A DNA stretch of 39,654 bases from an uncultured bacterium (GTDB lineage: Bacteria; Latescibacterota; UBA2968), in assembly GCA_964471275.1 (NCBI GenBank), contig CAYYGZ010000008.1, positions 1 through 39,654 on the forward strand, read 5' to 3'. The stretch's first letter is position 1; each line of letters opens with the position of its first letter. This document shows, piece after piece, positions 1 through 9,920 of this stretch. The position numbers were made by a program, and so were the translations under genes. The notes below the pieces were generated by a model. That model ran no database searches. It was not told where the DNA came from and was given only the letters and a program-made list of their open reading frames with translations.

Positions 1-23
1 TTGCCCCACCCCCGGTTTCGGTG

Positions 24-153
24 CCTCCCTCGACTACGCCTGGGACAGGCTCTGCGCCGACCCGATTCCCTATGACGTTGCTCAGGACACGCTTTGACCG
101 ACCAAAGAATCGGGGAAGAAAGTCGCCTCCTCGGCTTCGCTCGGGGCAGGCTT
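24..153. repeat. Cluster of degenerate REP-like repeats (CTCGGCTTCGCTCGGGGCAGGCT type)
   Basis: Three related units at ~24-51, ~68-96 and 130-152. The 130-152 unit matches 10036-10058 at 21/23 nt. Confidence 0.55.
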
Positions 154-384
154 CTGGGCGCGGGGGGCCCGCAATTACTTCGCGAGCGGTCGTTGTGCGA
201 CCTGATAGGGGCATTTGTGGTGGAGGTGGAGAGCCTTCGATGGGGGGAGCAATACGTGAAGTGATGCTGGTTGACGTCTGTTTTTGTGGTGATAGGGCGG
301 GGGTCTTGCCAGTCTAGCCGGTGCCTCTTTTCTGCCTGGGTCTTTGAGCGGGTCACGGATGAAGAGCCTTTAGCCAAGTGTTCC

Positions 385-419
385 CTCCCGCCGACCCGGT
401 GAGGGCTGGTCGGTGGGAG
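385..419. other. GC-rich stem-loop downstream of the HD-GYP gene
   Basis: ctcccgccgacc (385-396) pairs with ggtcggtgggag (408-419), including one G-U pair. There is no clear U-tract, so a terminator role is uncertain. Confidence 0.35.
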
Positions 420-543
420 ACGGCGTGTTTGGACCTCAATGAAACGGAGTTGTGTCGTGGTGGCTTCGACTGGGGCCAATACGCGACGTGACGCTATTCT
501 GACGCCGTCTAGCGGGGTGGTGTCGAGGGCTAAGTGTAGGAAG

Positions 544-1794
544 CTATCCTGCACACATCTTCAGCATTTTTTCGACGTCGATCTTGTACTTACTTGGGTC
601 GAGAACCTTTACAATTTTGCGGTTTTCCTGGGGGTCGTTGGCGAGGTCAACGATGTAGGGGACTTCGCGGAATTTCTTGTAGCGGGTGATGAAGCAACCG
701 ACTTTGGGTTGGCGGATGTTGGTGGGGTTGGGTTCGCTGACGATGCCGACTTCGTTGGTGTCGAGTTGTACGAGAGAGCCGACCGGATAGAGGCCCAGAG
801 ATTTGACGAAGAGGTCGACGAGTTCGCCGTTGAATTCGATGTTCTTGTTCTGGTAGATGCGGCCCAGGGCGAAGTGCGGGGGGAGAGCGGGTTTGTATAC
901 GCGAGCGGAGGTGAGGGCGTCGTAGACGTCGGCGATGGCGGTCATCTGGCCGAAGCGATGGATGTTGTCACCCGTGAGGTTGTCGGGATAGCCTTTGCCG
1001 TTCAGCATTTCGTGATGCTGGGTGGCGATGAGCATCATTTCCTCGGTGACACCCGGCATTTCGTAGAGGACGTCGCGGCCGTATGAGGTGTGCTTGCGCA
1101 TTTCTTCGAATTCGTGATCCTCGAATTTGCCGGGCTTGTTGAGGATTTCTAGAGGGATTTTGGTTTTGCCGATGTCGTGGAGGAGTGTGGCGCTGGCGAG
1201 CATTTTAGCCGTGCTCTCGTCGATTCCGTCGGCGTGGGCCACGGCAAGCGTGATGATGCAGACGTTTATGCAGTGGTTTGCGGTGTAGGGGTCGTGCTCT
1301 TTGAGACGGGTAAGGCCGACCATGGCGTCGACGTTTCGGAAGACGCTTTCGGTGATGAGTTTTGCGCCGGCGTCGAGTTTTTTGCGGTCCATCGATCCGC
1401 CGATGGCGGTGGAGTCGAGTGCTTCCTTAAGCTGGTTCTTGACGACTTGCTTGGTGGCGCGGGCCTTCTTGATTTCGTCTTTGTACTCGACGGTGCGGCC
1501 TTCGGGGAGCGGTTTTTTTCGCGGCTCCCGCGGCATTTCAATTGGTTTGGGAGCGGAGACGGGCGTACCATCGGCAGAGTCTTTGCCCTTGGTGGTGTCT
1601 ATGGTGACGTCGTTGAGGCCGGCTTCCTTCAGACGGCGGATCTGGTTTTCCGACGTGATGAGCATGCCGGAACCCAGGAGGAGGACGTTGTTCTTGGAGT
1701 TGGGGGTGGTGCCCTTGCCCTTCGCGGCGTCTCGGACGTCGGCTTCCATGTACATGCCGACCTGTAATGCGTCGATGTTGATTTTCTTTTTCAA
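544..1794 (-). CDS. HD-GYP domain c-di-GMP phosphodiesterase with DUF3391-like N-terminus
   Basis: Motifs [40 protein letters not shown]. The N-terminus [14 protein letters not shown] is typical of DUF3391. Start placed at TTG 1794; the ORF extension to 2025 runs through low-complexity repeats. Confidence 0.9.
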   Translation of the reverse strand: MKKKINIDALQVGMYMEADVRDAAKGKGTTPNSKNNVLLLGSGMLITSENQIRRLKEAGLNDVTIDTTKGKDSADGTPVSAPKPIEMPREPRKKPLPEGRTVEYKDEIKKARATKQVVKNQLKEALDSTAIGGSMDRKKLDAGAKLITESVFRNVDAMVGLTRLKEHDPYTANHCINVCIITLAVAHADGIDESTAKMLASATLLHDIGKTKIPLEILNKPGKFEDHEFEEMRKHTSYGRDVLYEMPGVTEEMMLIATQHHEMLNGKGYPDNLTGDNIHRFGQMTAIADVYDALTSARVYKPALPPHFALGRIYQNKNIEFNGELVDLFVKSLGLYPVGSLVQLDTNEVGIVSEPNPTNIRQPKVGCFITRYKKFREVPYIVDLANDPQENRKIVKVLDPSKYKIDVEKMLKMCAG

Positions 1795-2069
1795 GAGGCG
1801 AAGACCTTTCAACTTCAGAAACGAGAACCTTTCAACGCAGAGACGCAGAGAGACGACTGGGAAAGGCACTCCCCCCAAGGCACTTACTACCAAGAACACT
1901 AAGGACACCAAGAAAATCAAGTTGGGGGGTTTGGGATGGGGTGCGAGGTGTCCGCAATTAGTGAGTGAGGTAACCTGTGAGGACGGACACCCACAGCAAC
2001 CGGTTAACCTGGGAATTGTAGCCACCAGACTGGAATTGGGGATCCGTCCGGATAGCCGCCGTGTCTCAC

Positions 2070-2490
2070 TGGAGTTGATCCGTTTCAGTGGACATCCCTT
2101 ATCTTTCGGAACAGGAAGATGTCAAGATGGCAAGATCACGCCCACCGTACCTCTCTGAGTTCAAAGCTCGGATGGTTGAGATGGTTCACGCTTGCCGCAC
2201 GCCAAAAGAGTTGTCACGCGAGTTTGAACTATCAGCGCAGGCGATCCAGACTGGGCCGCCCAGGTCGATCGAGATCAGGGCAGTCGCACAGACGGCCTGA
2301 TGTCTGACGAGCGTGAGGAGCTCCATACTTGGGTAGGCTTCCTGTATTTATCCGTCGTGATGGACGTCTGGAGCCGTAGAATCGTCGGAGGGACGATGGC
2401 GCCTCACCTCCGCACGAAGCTTGCTCTGGCCGCGCTGGATATGGCGGTCGAGCAACGTCGACCTGTGGATGTCATCCATCACTCGGACCT
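2070..2490 (+). mobile_element. IS3-family remnant: left IR, frameshifted OrfA, internally deleted OrfB integrase fragment
   Basis: IR-like TGGAGTTGATCCGTTTCAGTGGACA at 2070-2094. From ATG 2127: MARSRPPYLSEFKARMVEMV...LSREFELSAQAI (OrfA HTH), frameshift ~2250, then ...GLMSDEREEL joined directly to TWVGFLYLSVVMDVWSRRIVG...IHHSD (rve core). Confidence 0.85.
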
Positions 2491-2693
2491 GGACGCTTTC
2501 ACTCACGTTGATCTCTTTGCCGACGTCTTTGTATGTGCGATTCTCTACGATGACCTTTCGAACAGCTTCTAACTTGAACTCTCAAGCAAACTTTCTGCGA
2601 TTCTTCCGGCCATAGAAATGCCTCCTAGTGGTGAAGAAGACACTCTACAGATACAAAACACTTAACTCACTGTCTACTAAACCGGGAAGGCCA
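2490..2693 (-). mobile_element. Second IS3-family remnant in the opposite orientation: left IR and degraded OrfA
   Basis: Reverse complement of ~2671-2693 is TGGCCTTCCCGGTTTAGTAGACA (IS3-type IR). RBS AGGAGG precedes ATG 2613. A shifted frame reads KNRRKFA*EFKLEAVRKVIVENRTYKDVGKEINVSES. Not in the ORF track. Confidence 0.75.
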
Positions 2694-2702
2694 AAGGACA
2701 AG

Positions 2703-3794
2703 ATGACTAAAAGGGAGCGGGTGGAGCGGACGATGGCGGGGGAGGAGACGGATCGGGTTCCGATCTACGATCTGCTGCGGAACGATGCGGCGTTTGCCCA
2801 TTATGGAGGGGAGCCGCTTCCGGCGTTGGCGCCGGATGCGGAGACGGTGGCGGAGCTTGAACGGATCAGTGGAAGTGCGGTGTCCGAGTTTCTGGATATG
2901 ACGCGGAGTGTGTCTTTTGGGCCGGTCGAGGAGAAGGATTCAACAGATGAGTATGGTTTTGTGACACATCAGGCACCGTTTGAGAAGACTTCTTGGATCG
3001 TGAGCCGTCCTTTTGATGATGAGCGCGGGGCAGCGGAGTATCTCAAGGAATGGATTGGGTCGGTCAAGGAGACGACGCGGGCGATCGAGAGCAATCCTGC
3101 GTCGCATCGTGAGCAGTTCCATCGCAAGTTCAGCGAGATTCAGGGTCGTATCGGTGATACGGTGAATCTGCTGACGCAGCACGGTATCGGGCTCGACAAT
3201 GTCCGACATCGGATGGGGTTGGATCTGTTTTGCTACGTTCAGGCGGACGACCCGGGTTTGATCGAAGAGGCGCTCGAGGCACAGACGTGTCGCAACATCG
3301 TGGAGTGTCACGCGGTGGCGGACTACAAGCTGTCGCCGTGCGTGCTGACCTATGGTGACATCGCATACAAGAATGCCCTGATCCATTCACCGGACTTTCT
3401 TCGGGAGAGCTTCTTTCCGCGGATCAAACGTCTCAATGACGCCTGGCACGAGCACGGTCTGAAGTGTCTCTTCCATTCGGACGGCTATCTGATGGATGTG
3501 ATGGACGATCTGCTTGCTACGGATATCGACGGGCTGAATCCGATCGAGACGGTGGCAGGAATGAGCCTGAAGGAGACACGTGAGCGATGTGGTGATGGCA
3601 TCTTTCTGGCTGGCGGCATCGATATGAGTCAACTGCTTTCGAATGGCTCTCCGGACGAGGTTCGGGAGGTGTGTCGGGCGGCGATACGCGATGCGTCACC
3701 GGGTTACTTCATAGGGTCGACCACCGAGAGTGATAACAGCTGCAAGCTCAAGAACCTGCAGGTGATGTGGGAGGTGGCGAGAGAGCAGGTCTGA
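2703..3794 (+). CDS. Uroporphyrinogen decarboxylase / MtaA-CmuA-like TIM-barrel family protein
   Basis: N-terminus MTKRERVERTMAGEETDRVP; motifs GDIAYKNAL, LFHSDG, LNPIE, GGIDMSQLL. Start at ATG 2703 because the upstream ORF portion lies inside the IS remnant. Confidence 0.85.
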   Translation: MTKRERVERTMAGEETDRVPIYDLLRNDAAFAHYGGEPLPALAPDAETVAELERISGSAVSEFLDMTRSVSFGPVEEKDSTDEYGFVTHQAPFEKTSWIVSRPFDDERGAAEYLKEWIGSVKETTRAIESNPASHREQFHRKFSEIQGRIGDTVNLLTQHGIGLDNVRHRMGLDLFCYVQADDPGLIEEALEAQTCRNIVECHAVADYKLSPCVLTYGDIAYKNALIHSPDFLRESFFPRIKRLNDAWHEHGLKCLFHSDGYLMDVMDDLLATDIDGLNPIETVAGMSLKETRERCGDGIFLAGGIDMSQLLSNGSPDEVREVCRAAIRDASPGYFIGSTTESDNSCKLKNLQVMWEVAREQV

Positions 3795-3905
3795 AGGACA
3801 GAGGCCGTTACCGTCGCGCACGTGCTATCACGATTCGCGCCGGAGGCATTCTTTTTCGGATACCGAGAGGTTGTCGCGGCGCGACCCACGATTGTCCCAT
3901 CCATA

Positions 3906-4001
3906 CCTGGGGTTTGCCCTGCAGTCCGTTTTCGTTACGCGCTCAACGGACAGACCGCGTGGCTGCACCCCAGGATAACGACGGTCGCCCCGTTCCGGGG
4001 C
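3906..4001. repeat. Nested inverted-repeat (REP/MITE-like) element
   Basis: cctggggt (3906-13)/accccagg (3967-74), inner gtccgtt (3924-30)/aacggac (3945-51), then hairpin gcccc-gttcc-ggggc (3987-4001). Confidence 0.45.
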
Positions 4002-4088
4002 TGAGACAGATCCGGATACGAGACAGCGTCATCATCCGCGTGTAGAGAAAGCCGCGATCCCAGATGCGGCCCGGCATACTGGCTTGAT

Positions 4089-4181
4089 GTGTCAACACCA
4101 TTGTGACACTGGACAGTCTCGAGGGCAGGGGTGCGTTGCTTCTGAGACGGGTTGACAGGCAGTTGAGACGTGACGTACCCT
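4089..4181 (+). promoter_or_regulatory. Candidate operator and sigma70 promoter upstream of GRE1
   Basis: Palindrome GTGTCA-N9-TGACAC at 4089-4109; TTGACA (4152-57)-N18-TACCCT (4176-81). Confidence 0.4.
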
Positions 4182-4273
4182 TTATGCCAGACGGGATAGC
4201 TGATCTAGGTCAGATACGCGATGGGACTCGGGTCGATGGGTGTGCTTCATTAGAGGCATGCCCTTTCCTGTAG

Positions 4274-6397
4274 GTGCCATCCCATCAGGTTCGCGTGTCC
4301 AGACAGATGCACCGCATTCAACGACATCCGGGAGGCTGTTACGTGTCCGATACCGTGGGAATAGCGGAATCTCCGCTCGACTTGGAACTCGATGGTGACA
4401 GAAGCTTCACGTTGCGGGAGCGGCATTGGCAAAGGACTTACCAGGAAGCCGTCGCGCGCAAGCCCATCAGCGTGTCGAGTGAGACTGCACCGATCGGCTA
4501 CGCGGAGAATTTCACCAAGCTTCTGGAGAGCAGCGATCCGTTTATCCAGCCGGACGAACTGATCGTGGGCTGCTGCCTGGCGACGCCTGAAGACAAGATT
4601 GATCTGGGATTCTACAATGCGCACTATCCGCCCGGATATGCGACGCTCCTGCGAGAAGGACTGCCGGGGATCCGAGACAGGGCTCGACGCCGATCAGCCA
4701 ATGAGACCGAACCGCACAAGCTGGCATTTCTACGCGCGGTAGAGATTGCCTACGAGGCGGCGTGCCGGTATGCCGCGAAGTATGCTAACCACGCGCGTGA
4801 GCTGATCGAGCTGGGGGCGGATCCGTCGCGGACATACGACCTGACGAGAATCGCTTCGGTGTGCGATGAGATTGCCACCCAGGCGCCTCAGTCATTCCAC
4901 GGGGCACTCCAGCTGGTCCAGTTCACGCGTCTCTTTGGTGGACGCGGCTGTATCGGCCGGTTCGACCAATGGATGTATCCCTTCTACATCAACGATATCG
5001 AAGCGGGCAGGCTCACCGAGCAGGGGGCACAGGAACTGCTCGAGTGTCTGTTCGTAAAGCTGAACCACTTCCCGGAGGCCCGTCAGGCGAGCAACGACAG
5101 TCTTCGGAACATCACGCTCGGTGGACAAACGGCGTCGGGTGAGGATGCGTGCAACGAGCTGTCCTACGCGTGTCTCGAAGCTTCTGCGAAGCTCATGCTT
5201 CCAGAACCGAAGCTGAACGCGCGGTTCTTCCCTGGATCGCCCCAGAGATGGCTGACGGAATGCTGCCGTGTCCTCGCTAAGGGCGGCAATGTGCTGGCTG
5301 TGTATAATGACGAGGTCGCTGTCCCAGCGCTGTCGCGGCTGGGGATTCCGCTGGAGGATGCGCGCGATTACTGTAACGACGGCTGTTCGGAACTGCTGAT
5401 CGGCGGCAAGAGTACGCTGCGCTTCCAGGTTCACGACGCGCTGCCGGTGCTGACCGAGACCGTTATGGAGGGCGATCATCACTCGTTCGAGACATTCGAG
5501 GACGTTGTCTCGGACTACAAGTCCCGTCTGCTGCGGTATGTCCCGGACGATCACGGTCAGGATTATCCGGTCACGTCCCCCTATTTCGCTGCTACCATCG
5601 AGGATTGTCTGGAAGATGCGTCTTCCCTGGGCGCGCGCTACAATATCGCAGGGTCTATCCTGGCGCAGGTTGGGAATGTTGCCGATGGTCTGGCGGCGAT
5701 CAAGAAGTTGATCTACGAAGATGGCACCCTCGAGTGGAAAGATCTTGCTGCGGCGATCGATCAGGATTATGAGGGCTGTGAACCGCTGCGTCAGATGCTG
5801 AGGAACCGGGCACCCAAATTTGGGAACGGCGACGACAGCGTGGATTGTCTGGCCACGGAGGTCGCGGAGTTCTTCTGCGACGCGGTGCACGAGAGGGCGC
5901 AGAATCCAAAAGGTCCAGGGAACAAGCGCGCTCCGGGGCTGATGTGTTTTGGCATTCACCGGAAGCAGGATATTTCGGCTTCACCGGACGGTCGTCGAAA
6001 GGGTGACCAGACGGCCAGCAGTTTTTCACCTTCCGTGGGTATGGATCGGAGCGGACCGACTGCGGTGCTTCGATCGGTCGCGAGTGTGGATCTGACGAAG
6101 GCGTCTCACGGTTCTGTTCTCGATATGGCACTGCACACGGCGATCCTTCGAGGAGAAGATGCGTTTGAGAAGTTTGTCGCCCTGATCGACGGGTTTCTTA
6201 ATGTGCAGAGTACGGCAACGCTTCAGATGAATATCATCGACCGGGATACGCTGCTGCGAGCTCGGGAGAATCCTGACTCGGATGAGTTCAGGACGTTGAT
6301 CGTGAGGGTGTGGGGGTTTTCGGCAGTGTTTGTGGATTTGCCGACGGCGCTGCAGGATCACGTTCTGGCGAGGACTGAGCACGGGGCGTTCAGCTAG
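4274..6397 (+). CDS. Glycyl radical enzyme (PFL-like superfamily), uncharacterised; GRE1
   Basis: IQPDELIVG, GRFDQWMYPFY, Cys loop YCNDGCSE (Cys 5384-86), PKFGNGDD, ASPDGRRKG, C-terminal glycyl finger LIVRVWGFS (Gly 6314-16). Start uncertain (GTG 4274 or ATG 4307). Confidence 0.92.
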   Translation: MPSHQVRVSRQMHRIQRHPGGCYVSDTVGIAESPLDLELDGDRSFTLRERHWQRTYQEAVARKPISVSSETAPIGYAENFTKLLESSDPFIQPDELIVGCCLATPEDKIDLGFYNAHYPPGYATLLREGLPGIRDRARRRSANETEPHKLAFLRAVEIAYEAACRYAAKYANHARELIELGADPSRTYDLTRIASVCDEIATQAPQSFHGALQLVQFTRLFGGRGCIGRFDQWMYPFYINDIEAGRLTEQGAQELLECLFVKLNHFPEARQASNDSLRNITLGGQTASGEDACNELSYACLEASAKLMLPEPKLNARFFPGSPQRWLTECCRVLAKGGNVLAVYNDEVAVPALSRLGIPLEDARDYCNDGCSELLIGGKSTLRFQVHDALPVLTETVMEGDHHSFETFEDVVSDYKSRLLRYVPDDHGQDYPVTSPYFAATIEDCLEDASSLGARYNIAGSILAQVGNVADGLAAIKKLIYEDGTLEWKDLAAAIDQDYEGCEPLRQMLRNRAPKFGNGDDSVDCLATEVAEFFCDAVHERAQNPKGPGNKRAPGLMCFGIHRKQDISASPDGRRKGDQTASSFSPSVGMDRSGPTAVLRSVASVDLTKASHGSVLDMALHTAILRGEDAFEKFVALIDGFLNVQSTATLQMNIIDRDTLLRARENPDSDEFRTLIVRVWGFSAVFVDLPTALQDHVLARTEHGAFS

Positions 6398-6649
6398 TAT
6401 TGGTTTGGTGGAAGTGGTTAACACGAGGGTGACGTAAAGCAACAAAGGGGTTCTCCAGGCGGGAGCCCGGGACGATTATGCAGCCGCGCCGCACTCTTTT
6501 GTTGGGTCGTGCCCGAGAACGCGGTGACACCTGATGGACGACTGATATCGGCCGACGAGACAGGTCGGTTGGACTGATGTGTCTGCTGAGCAATCAAGTC
6601 CTTTGTAGCAATCGTCTCGTCAGGTGTGATTGGGATTGTCGGAGGCAAT

Positions 6650-8908
6650 ATGGCTGGAATTGAGCTCGAAACATTGGGACAGGCTGAGACGACTGTGCCG
6701 TTTGGTGGGGAGCTGCGGAGGTTTGATGCTGTGAGAGATCATCTTTCGCGACAGTTCCAGGAGCCGGGGTTCAACGAGACGACAGGACTGTCCGTCGAGG
6801 CACTGGAGGAAGCTGTTGAGGTGCGGCTGGGAGAACTCGAGGGAGAGCCGAGGGTTCTGCAGAAGGCGGAAGCGTACCGGATCGTGGTGACGCAGGGCCA
6901 GATTGCGGTGGACCCCCACGATTGGTTTGTGGATAAGCTGAACCACGGTGGGATTCTGAGGGGTCTACAGCGAAGGTGGCTCAGAGAAGCGCAGGACGGG
7001 GAGATTCACGACGAGGCCGAGTGGTTCCGGCTGTCGACGGCGACTGGTGCGGTGCGAGGCGGGATCGATCTGGGACACATTTCCCCGGGGTGGGAGCGGA
7101 TGTTCAGCGCGGGTCTGTCCGGGCTGGCTGGGGAAGCGGGGCGGATGCGTGAGCGATCGGGTGTGACGGCGCAGCAGGACGCGTTTTACCGATCAGTGGA
7201 GATTGTGCACGAAGCGACGATTGCGTTGGCTGACCGGTTCTCGGATCTGGCGGAACAGATGGTGATCGTACATCCGGATCAGGGCGATCGCCTGCGCAAG
7301 ATTTCGACGGTTTGTGATCGCGTCCCGGCCGAGGCGCCAAAGACGTTCCACGAAGCGCTCCAGTTTGCCTGGTTGATGCACGAGCTGATTGAGATGGAAG
7401 GGGAGAACGTCCGGTCGATGGGGCATTTCGACCGGACCCTCTACCCATACTATCGTGAGGATCTGGTGACGCGTCGTCTGACGCGGGACGACGCGAAGGA
7501 GCTGATCAAGTTCTTCTGGTTCAAGCACCACGCGCGGACACAAGGCAACCAGAACGGGAAGAATTTCGTGTTCGGTGGGCAGGACGCCGACGGTCGGCCG
7601 GTTGAGAACGATCTGACGTATCTGGCGTTGGAGGCGTATGACGAGCTGAACATTCCGGACCCCAAGCTGTCGGTCCGATTTGCGTCCGGCACGTCTGAAC
7701 AGCTGGTGCGTTGCGTCGGAGATCTGATCCGTCGAGGCCGGAATTCGTTTGTGCTGATGAACGACGACCCGGCGGTAGACGGTCTGGTTGCTATGGGCAA
7801 GCCTGTCGAAGATGCTCGGGTGTATTTGCCGATCGGGTGTTACGAACCGGCGGTGGACGGGAAGGAGGCAGGATGTACGATGAATCTTGTCGTAAGCCTG
7901 GCCAAGGCTGTGGAACTGGCGCTGAACGACGGTGCCGATCCGCTGAGTGGTGAGCAGGTCGGTCCGAAGACGGGAGACCCGTGCAGCTTTGAGGACTTCG
8001 AAGCTCTGATGGACGCCTACACGATTCAGATCGAGTATTTGATACGACACTCTGTGGCGTCTGTGGGCGCGCACGAACAGCAGTGGCCCGTGATCAACCC
8101 CTCTCCCCTGATCGCGGCGACGATCGATGACTGTCTGGCGCGAGGGAAAGATGTCGGCGAAGGGGGGCCGCAATACAACAGCGTCGGATGTGTCGGTGCC
8201 GGGCTGGCGAACGCGTGCGACTCGCTGCTGGCGCTCAAGCAGGCGGTCTTTGAGGAGAAGCGATTCACGATGCGCGAGATGCTTGATCTCTTGCGTACTG
8301 ATTTCGCGAATGCTGAGGCCGCTCGGCTGTATCTGCTGAACCGCGTGCCCAAGTGGGGAAACGATGACGCCTGGGCAGATGCGCTAGGCGTGCGAATCGC
8401 TGATCACTACTGTGGCACGGTTCACGGTCTGCGGAATGCCCGCGGTGGTCGGGTTCAGGCCGCGCTGTTTACGTTAACGCATCGGTTGACGATGGGGAAG
8501 GCGACGGGCGCTCTTCCGGACGGCCGACGTTCGGGGGACAGCCTGGCTCCGGGCGTCGGGGCGACGTTGGGTCAGGACCGACGAGGTGTTACCGGTCTGT
8601 TGGGATCTGCATCGAAGATCGACTATGTGAAGACTCCGAACGGTTCGGTTCTGGATGTGACGCTGCATCCGACAGCGGCGGCGGGTGAAGAGGGTCTGGA
8701 CGCGTTCGAGGCGCTGGTGTCGTCGTATTTCGAGCAGGGGGGGTATGCGCTCCAGTTCAACGTGTTCGACGCGGACACGCTGCGGGACGCTCAGAAGCAT
8801 CCGGATCGCTACCAGTCGCTTCAGATCCGAGTGACGGGCTGGAGCGTCTACTTCAATGCGCTTTCGAAGGATGAGCAGGATCAGATTATTGAGAGGCAGA
8901 TGGCGTGA
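6650..8908 (+). CDS. Glycyl radical enzyme (PFL-like superfamily), uncharacterised; GRE2
   Basis: RBS GGAGG before ATG 6650; GHISPGW, GHFDRTLYPYY, Cys loop IGCYEP (Cys 7838-40), PKWGNDD, ALPDGRR, glycyl finger LQIRVTGWS (Gly 8837-39). Confidence 0.93.
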   Translation: MAGIELETLGQAETTVPFGGELRRFDAVRDHLSRQFQEPGFNETTGLSVEALEEAVEVRLGELEGEPRVLQKAEAYRIVVTQGQIAVDPHDWFVDKLNHGGILRGLQRRWLREAQDGEIHDEAEWFRLSTATGAVRGGIDLGHISPGWERMFSAGLSGLAGEAGRMRERSGVTAQQDAFYRSVEIVHEATIALADRFSDLAEQMVIVHPDQGDRLRKISTVCDRVPAEAPKTFHEALQFAWLMHELIEMEGENVRSMGHFDRTLYPYYREDLVTRRLTRDDAKELIKFFWFKHHARTQGNQNGKNFVFGGQDADGRPVENDLTYLALEAYDELNIPDPKLSVRFASGTSEQLVRCVGDLIRRGRNSFVLMNDDPAVDGLVAMGKPVEDARVYLPIGCYEPAVDGKEAGCTMNLVVSLAKAVELALNDGADPLSGEQVGPKTGDPCSFEDFEALMDAYTIQIEYLIRHSVASVGAHEQQWPVINPSPLIAATIDDCLARGKDVGEGGPQYNSVGCVGAGLANACDSLLALKQAVFEEKRFTMREMLDLLRTDFANAEAARLYLLNRVPKWGNDDAWADALGVRIADHYCGTVHGLRNARGGRVQAALFTLTHRLTMGKATGALPDGRRSGDSLAPGVGATLGQDRRGVTGLLGSASKIDYVKTPNGSVLDVTLHPTAAAGEEGLDAFEALVSSYFEQGGYALQFNVFDADTLRDAQKHPDRYQSLQIRVTGWSVYFNALSKDEQDQIIERQMA

Positions 8909-8978
8909 GCGGGCAGAGGTGAGAAGGCAGAAATTAAAGGCGAAGGGCGAGGCGTGAAAAGACAGGACGGGGAAGCTG

Positions 8979-9920
8979 GTGACTGAATCTGCTGATCTGA
9001 CAGGACGGGTCTTCGACATCAAGTCGTTTGCCGTTCACGATGGGCCAGGTATTCGCACGACTGTCTTTATGAAGGGGTGCAGCCTGAGCTGTGTGTGGTG
9101 TCACAATCCGGAGGCGATTTCGGCGCGACCGGAAATGGCTTTCCACGAGGCCCGCTGTATCTCTTGCGGTGTGTGTGTGGAGGTATGTCCTGAGGGGGCA
9201 CAGGCTCTGACGGATGAGGGTGAACGAAGATACGCGAGAGACCTGTGTGTGCAGTGCGGCGAGTGCATAGAACACTGTCACGCTGAAGCGATGGTGGTGA
9301 TGGGGAGTGATATGACGCTCGATGAAGTGATGACGGAGGTCCGAAAGGATGCGCCTTTCTATGCGCATTCAGGGGGCGGAGTCACAGTGTCGGGAGGAGA
9401 GCCGCTGCTGCAGGGAAGGTTTGTGAAGGCTTTGCTGGAACGATGCAAAGCGGAGGGTTTCCATACGGCCGTCGACACGTGCGGGCTCGTCACGTGGGAA
9501 ACGTTTGCAGATGTGCTTCCGTATGTCGATCTGGTGCTTTACGATCTCAAGCACGCGGATACGTTGGCCCACCGCGAGGCCACAGGGTCCCGGAATGAGA
9601 TGATTCTCGAGAATCTCGAGAAGCTTGGGAAATCCGGTGTGGCGATTGAGATCCGCATGCCGATTGTGCCCACAATCAACGATCGACGTGATGATATCGT
9701 CGCAGCTGCAGAGATTCTGTCCAGAGTCGACAACATTACCTGCGTTCGTCTGCTGCCGTATCACGGACTCGCCAGAGAGAAGTATCGCAGTGTGGGCCGC
9801 TCCTTGACACTTCCCGATGTAGCATCACCGGAGCACGAGCGGCTTGAAGAGATCGCGGGGTGGATGCAGCCTTTCGGGTTGAACATCATACTGCCAAGCG
9901 TGGTCTCGAAGGTGGCCTGA
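8979..9920 (+). CDS. Glycyl-radical enzyme activating protein (radical SAM with ferredoxin-like insert)
   Basis: HDGPGIRTTVFMKGCSLSCVWCHNPE (CX3CX2C); inserted CISCGVCVEVCP and CVQCGECIEHC; GVTVSGGEP; LLPYH. Confidence 0.95.
   Translation: MTESADLTGRVFDIKSFAVHDGPGIRTTVFMKGCSLSCVWCHNPEAISARPEMAFHEARCISCGVCVEVCPEGAQALTDEGERRYARDLCVQCGECIEHCHAEAMVVMGSDMTLDEVMTEVRKDAPFYAHSGGGVTVSGGEPLLQGRFVKALLERCKAEGFHTAVDTCGLVTWETFADVLPYVDLVLYDLKHADTLAHREATGSRNEMILENLEKLGKSGVAIEIRMPIVPTINDRRDDIVAAAEILSRVDNITCVRLLPYHGLAREKYRSVGRSLTLPDVASPEHERLEEIAGWMQPFGLNIILPSVVSKVA

Noticed and set aside
21..317. 98-aa ORF at the window start
   Set aside because: Reads through REP-like repeats; no protein features.
439..2158. 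Long + strand ORFs 439-1086, 1177-1767 and 1301-2158
   Set aside because: Antisense shadows of the HD-GYP gene; no motifs.
4892..8173. Long - strand ORFs (355 aa, 326 aa) opposite the GREs, and similar shadows elsewhere
   Set aside because: Expected antisense ORFs in GC-rich coding DNA; the sense genes carry clear family motifs.
4274..8908. Labelling the GREs pflB, cutC, hypD or bssA
   Set aside because: No Cys-Cys motif, no small subunits or microcompartment context, and the loops do not match those enzymes as far as can be judged by eye.
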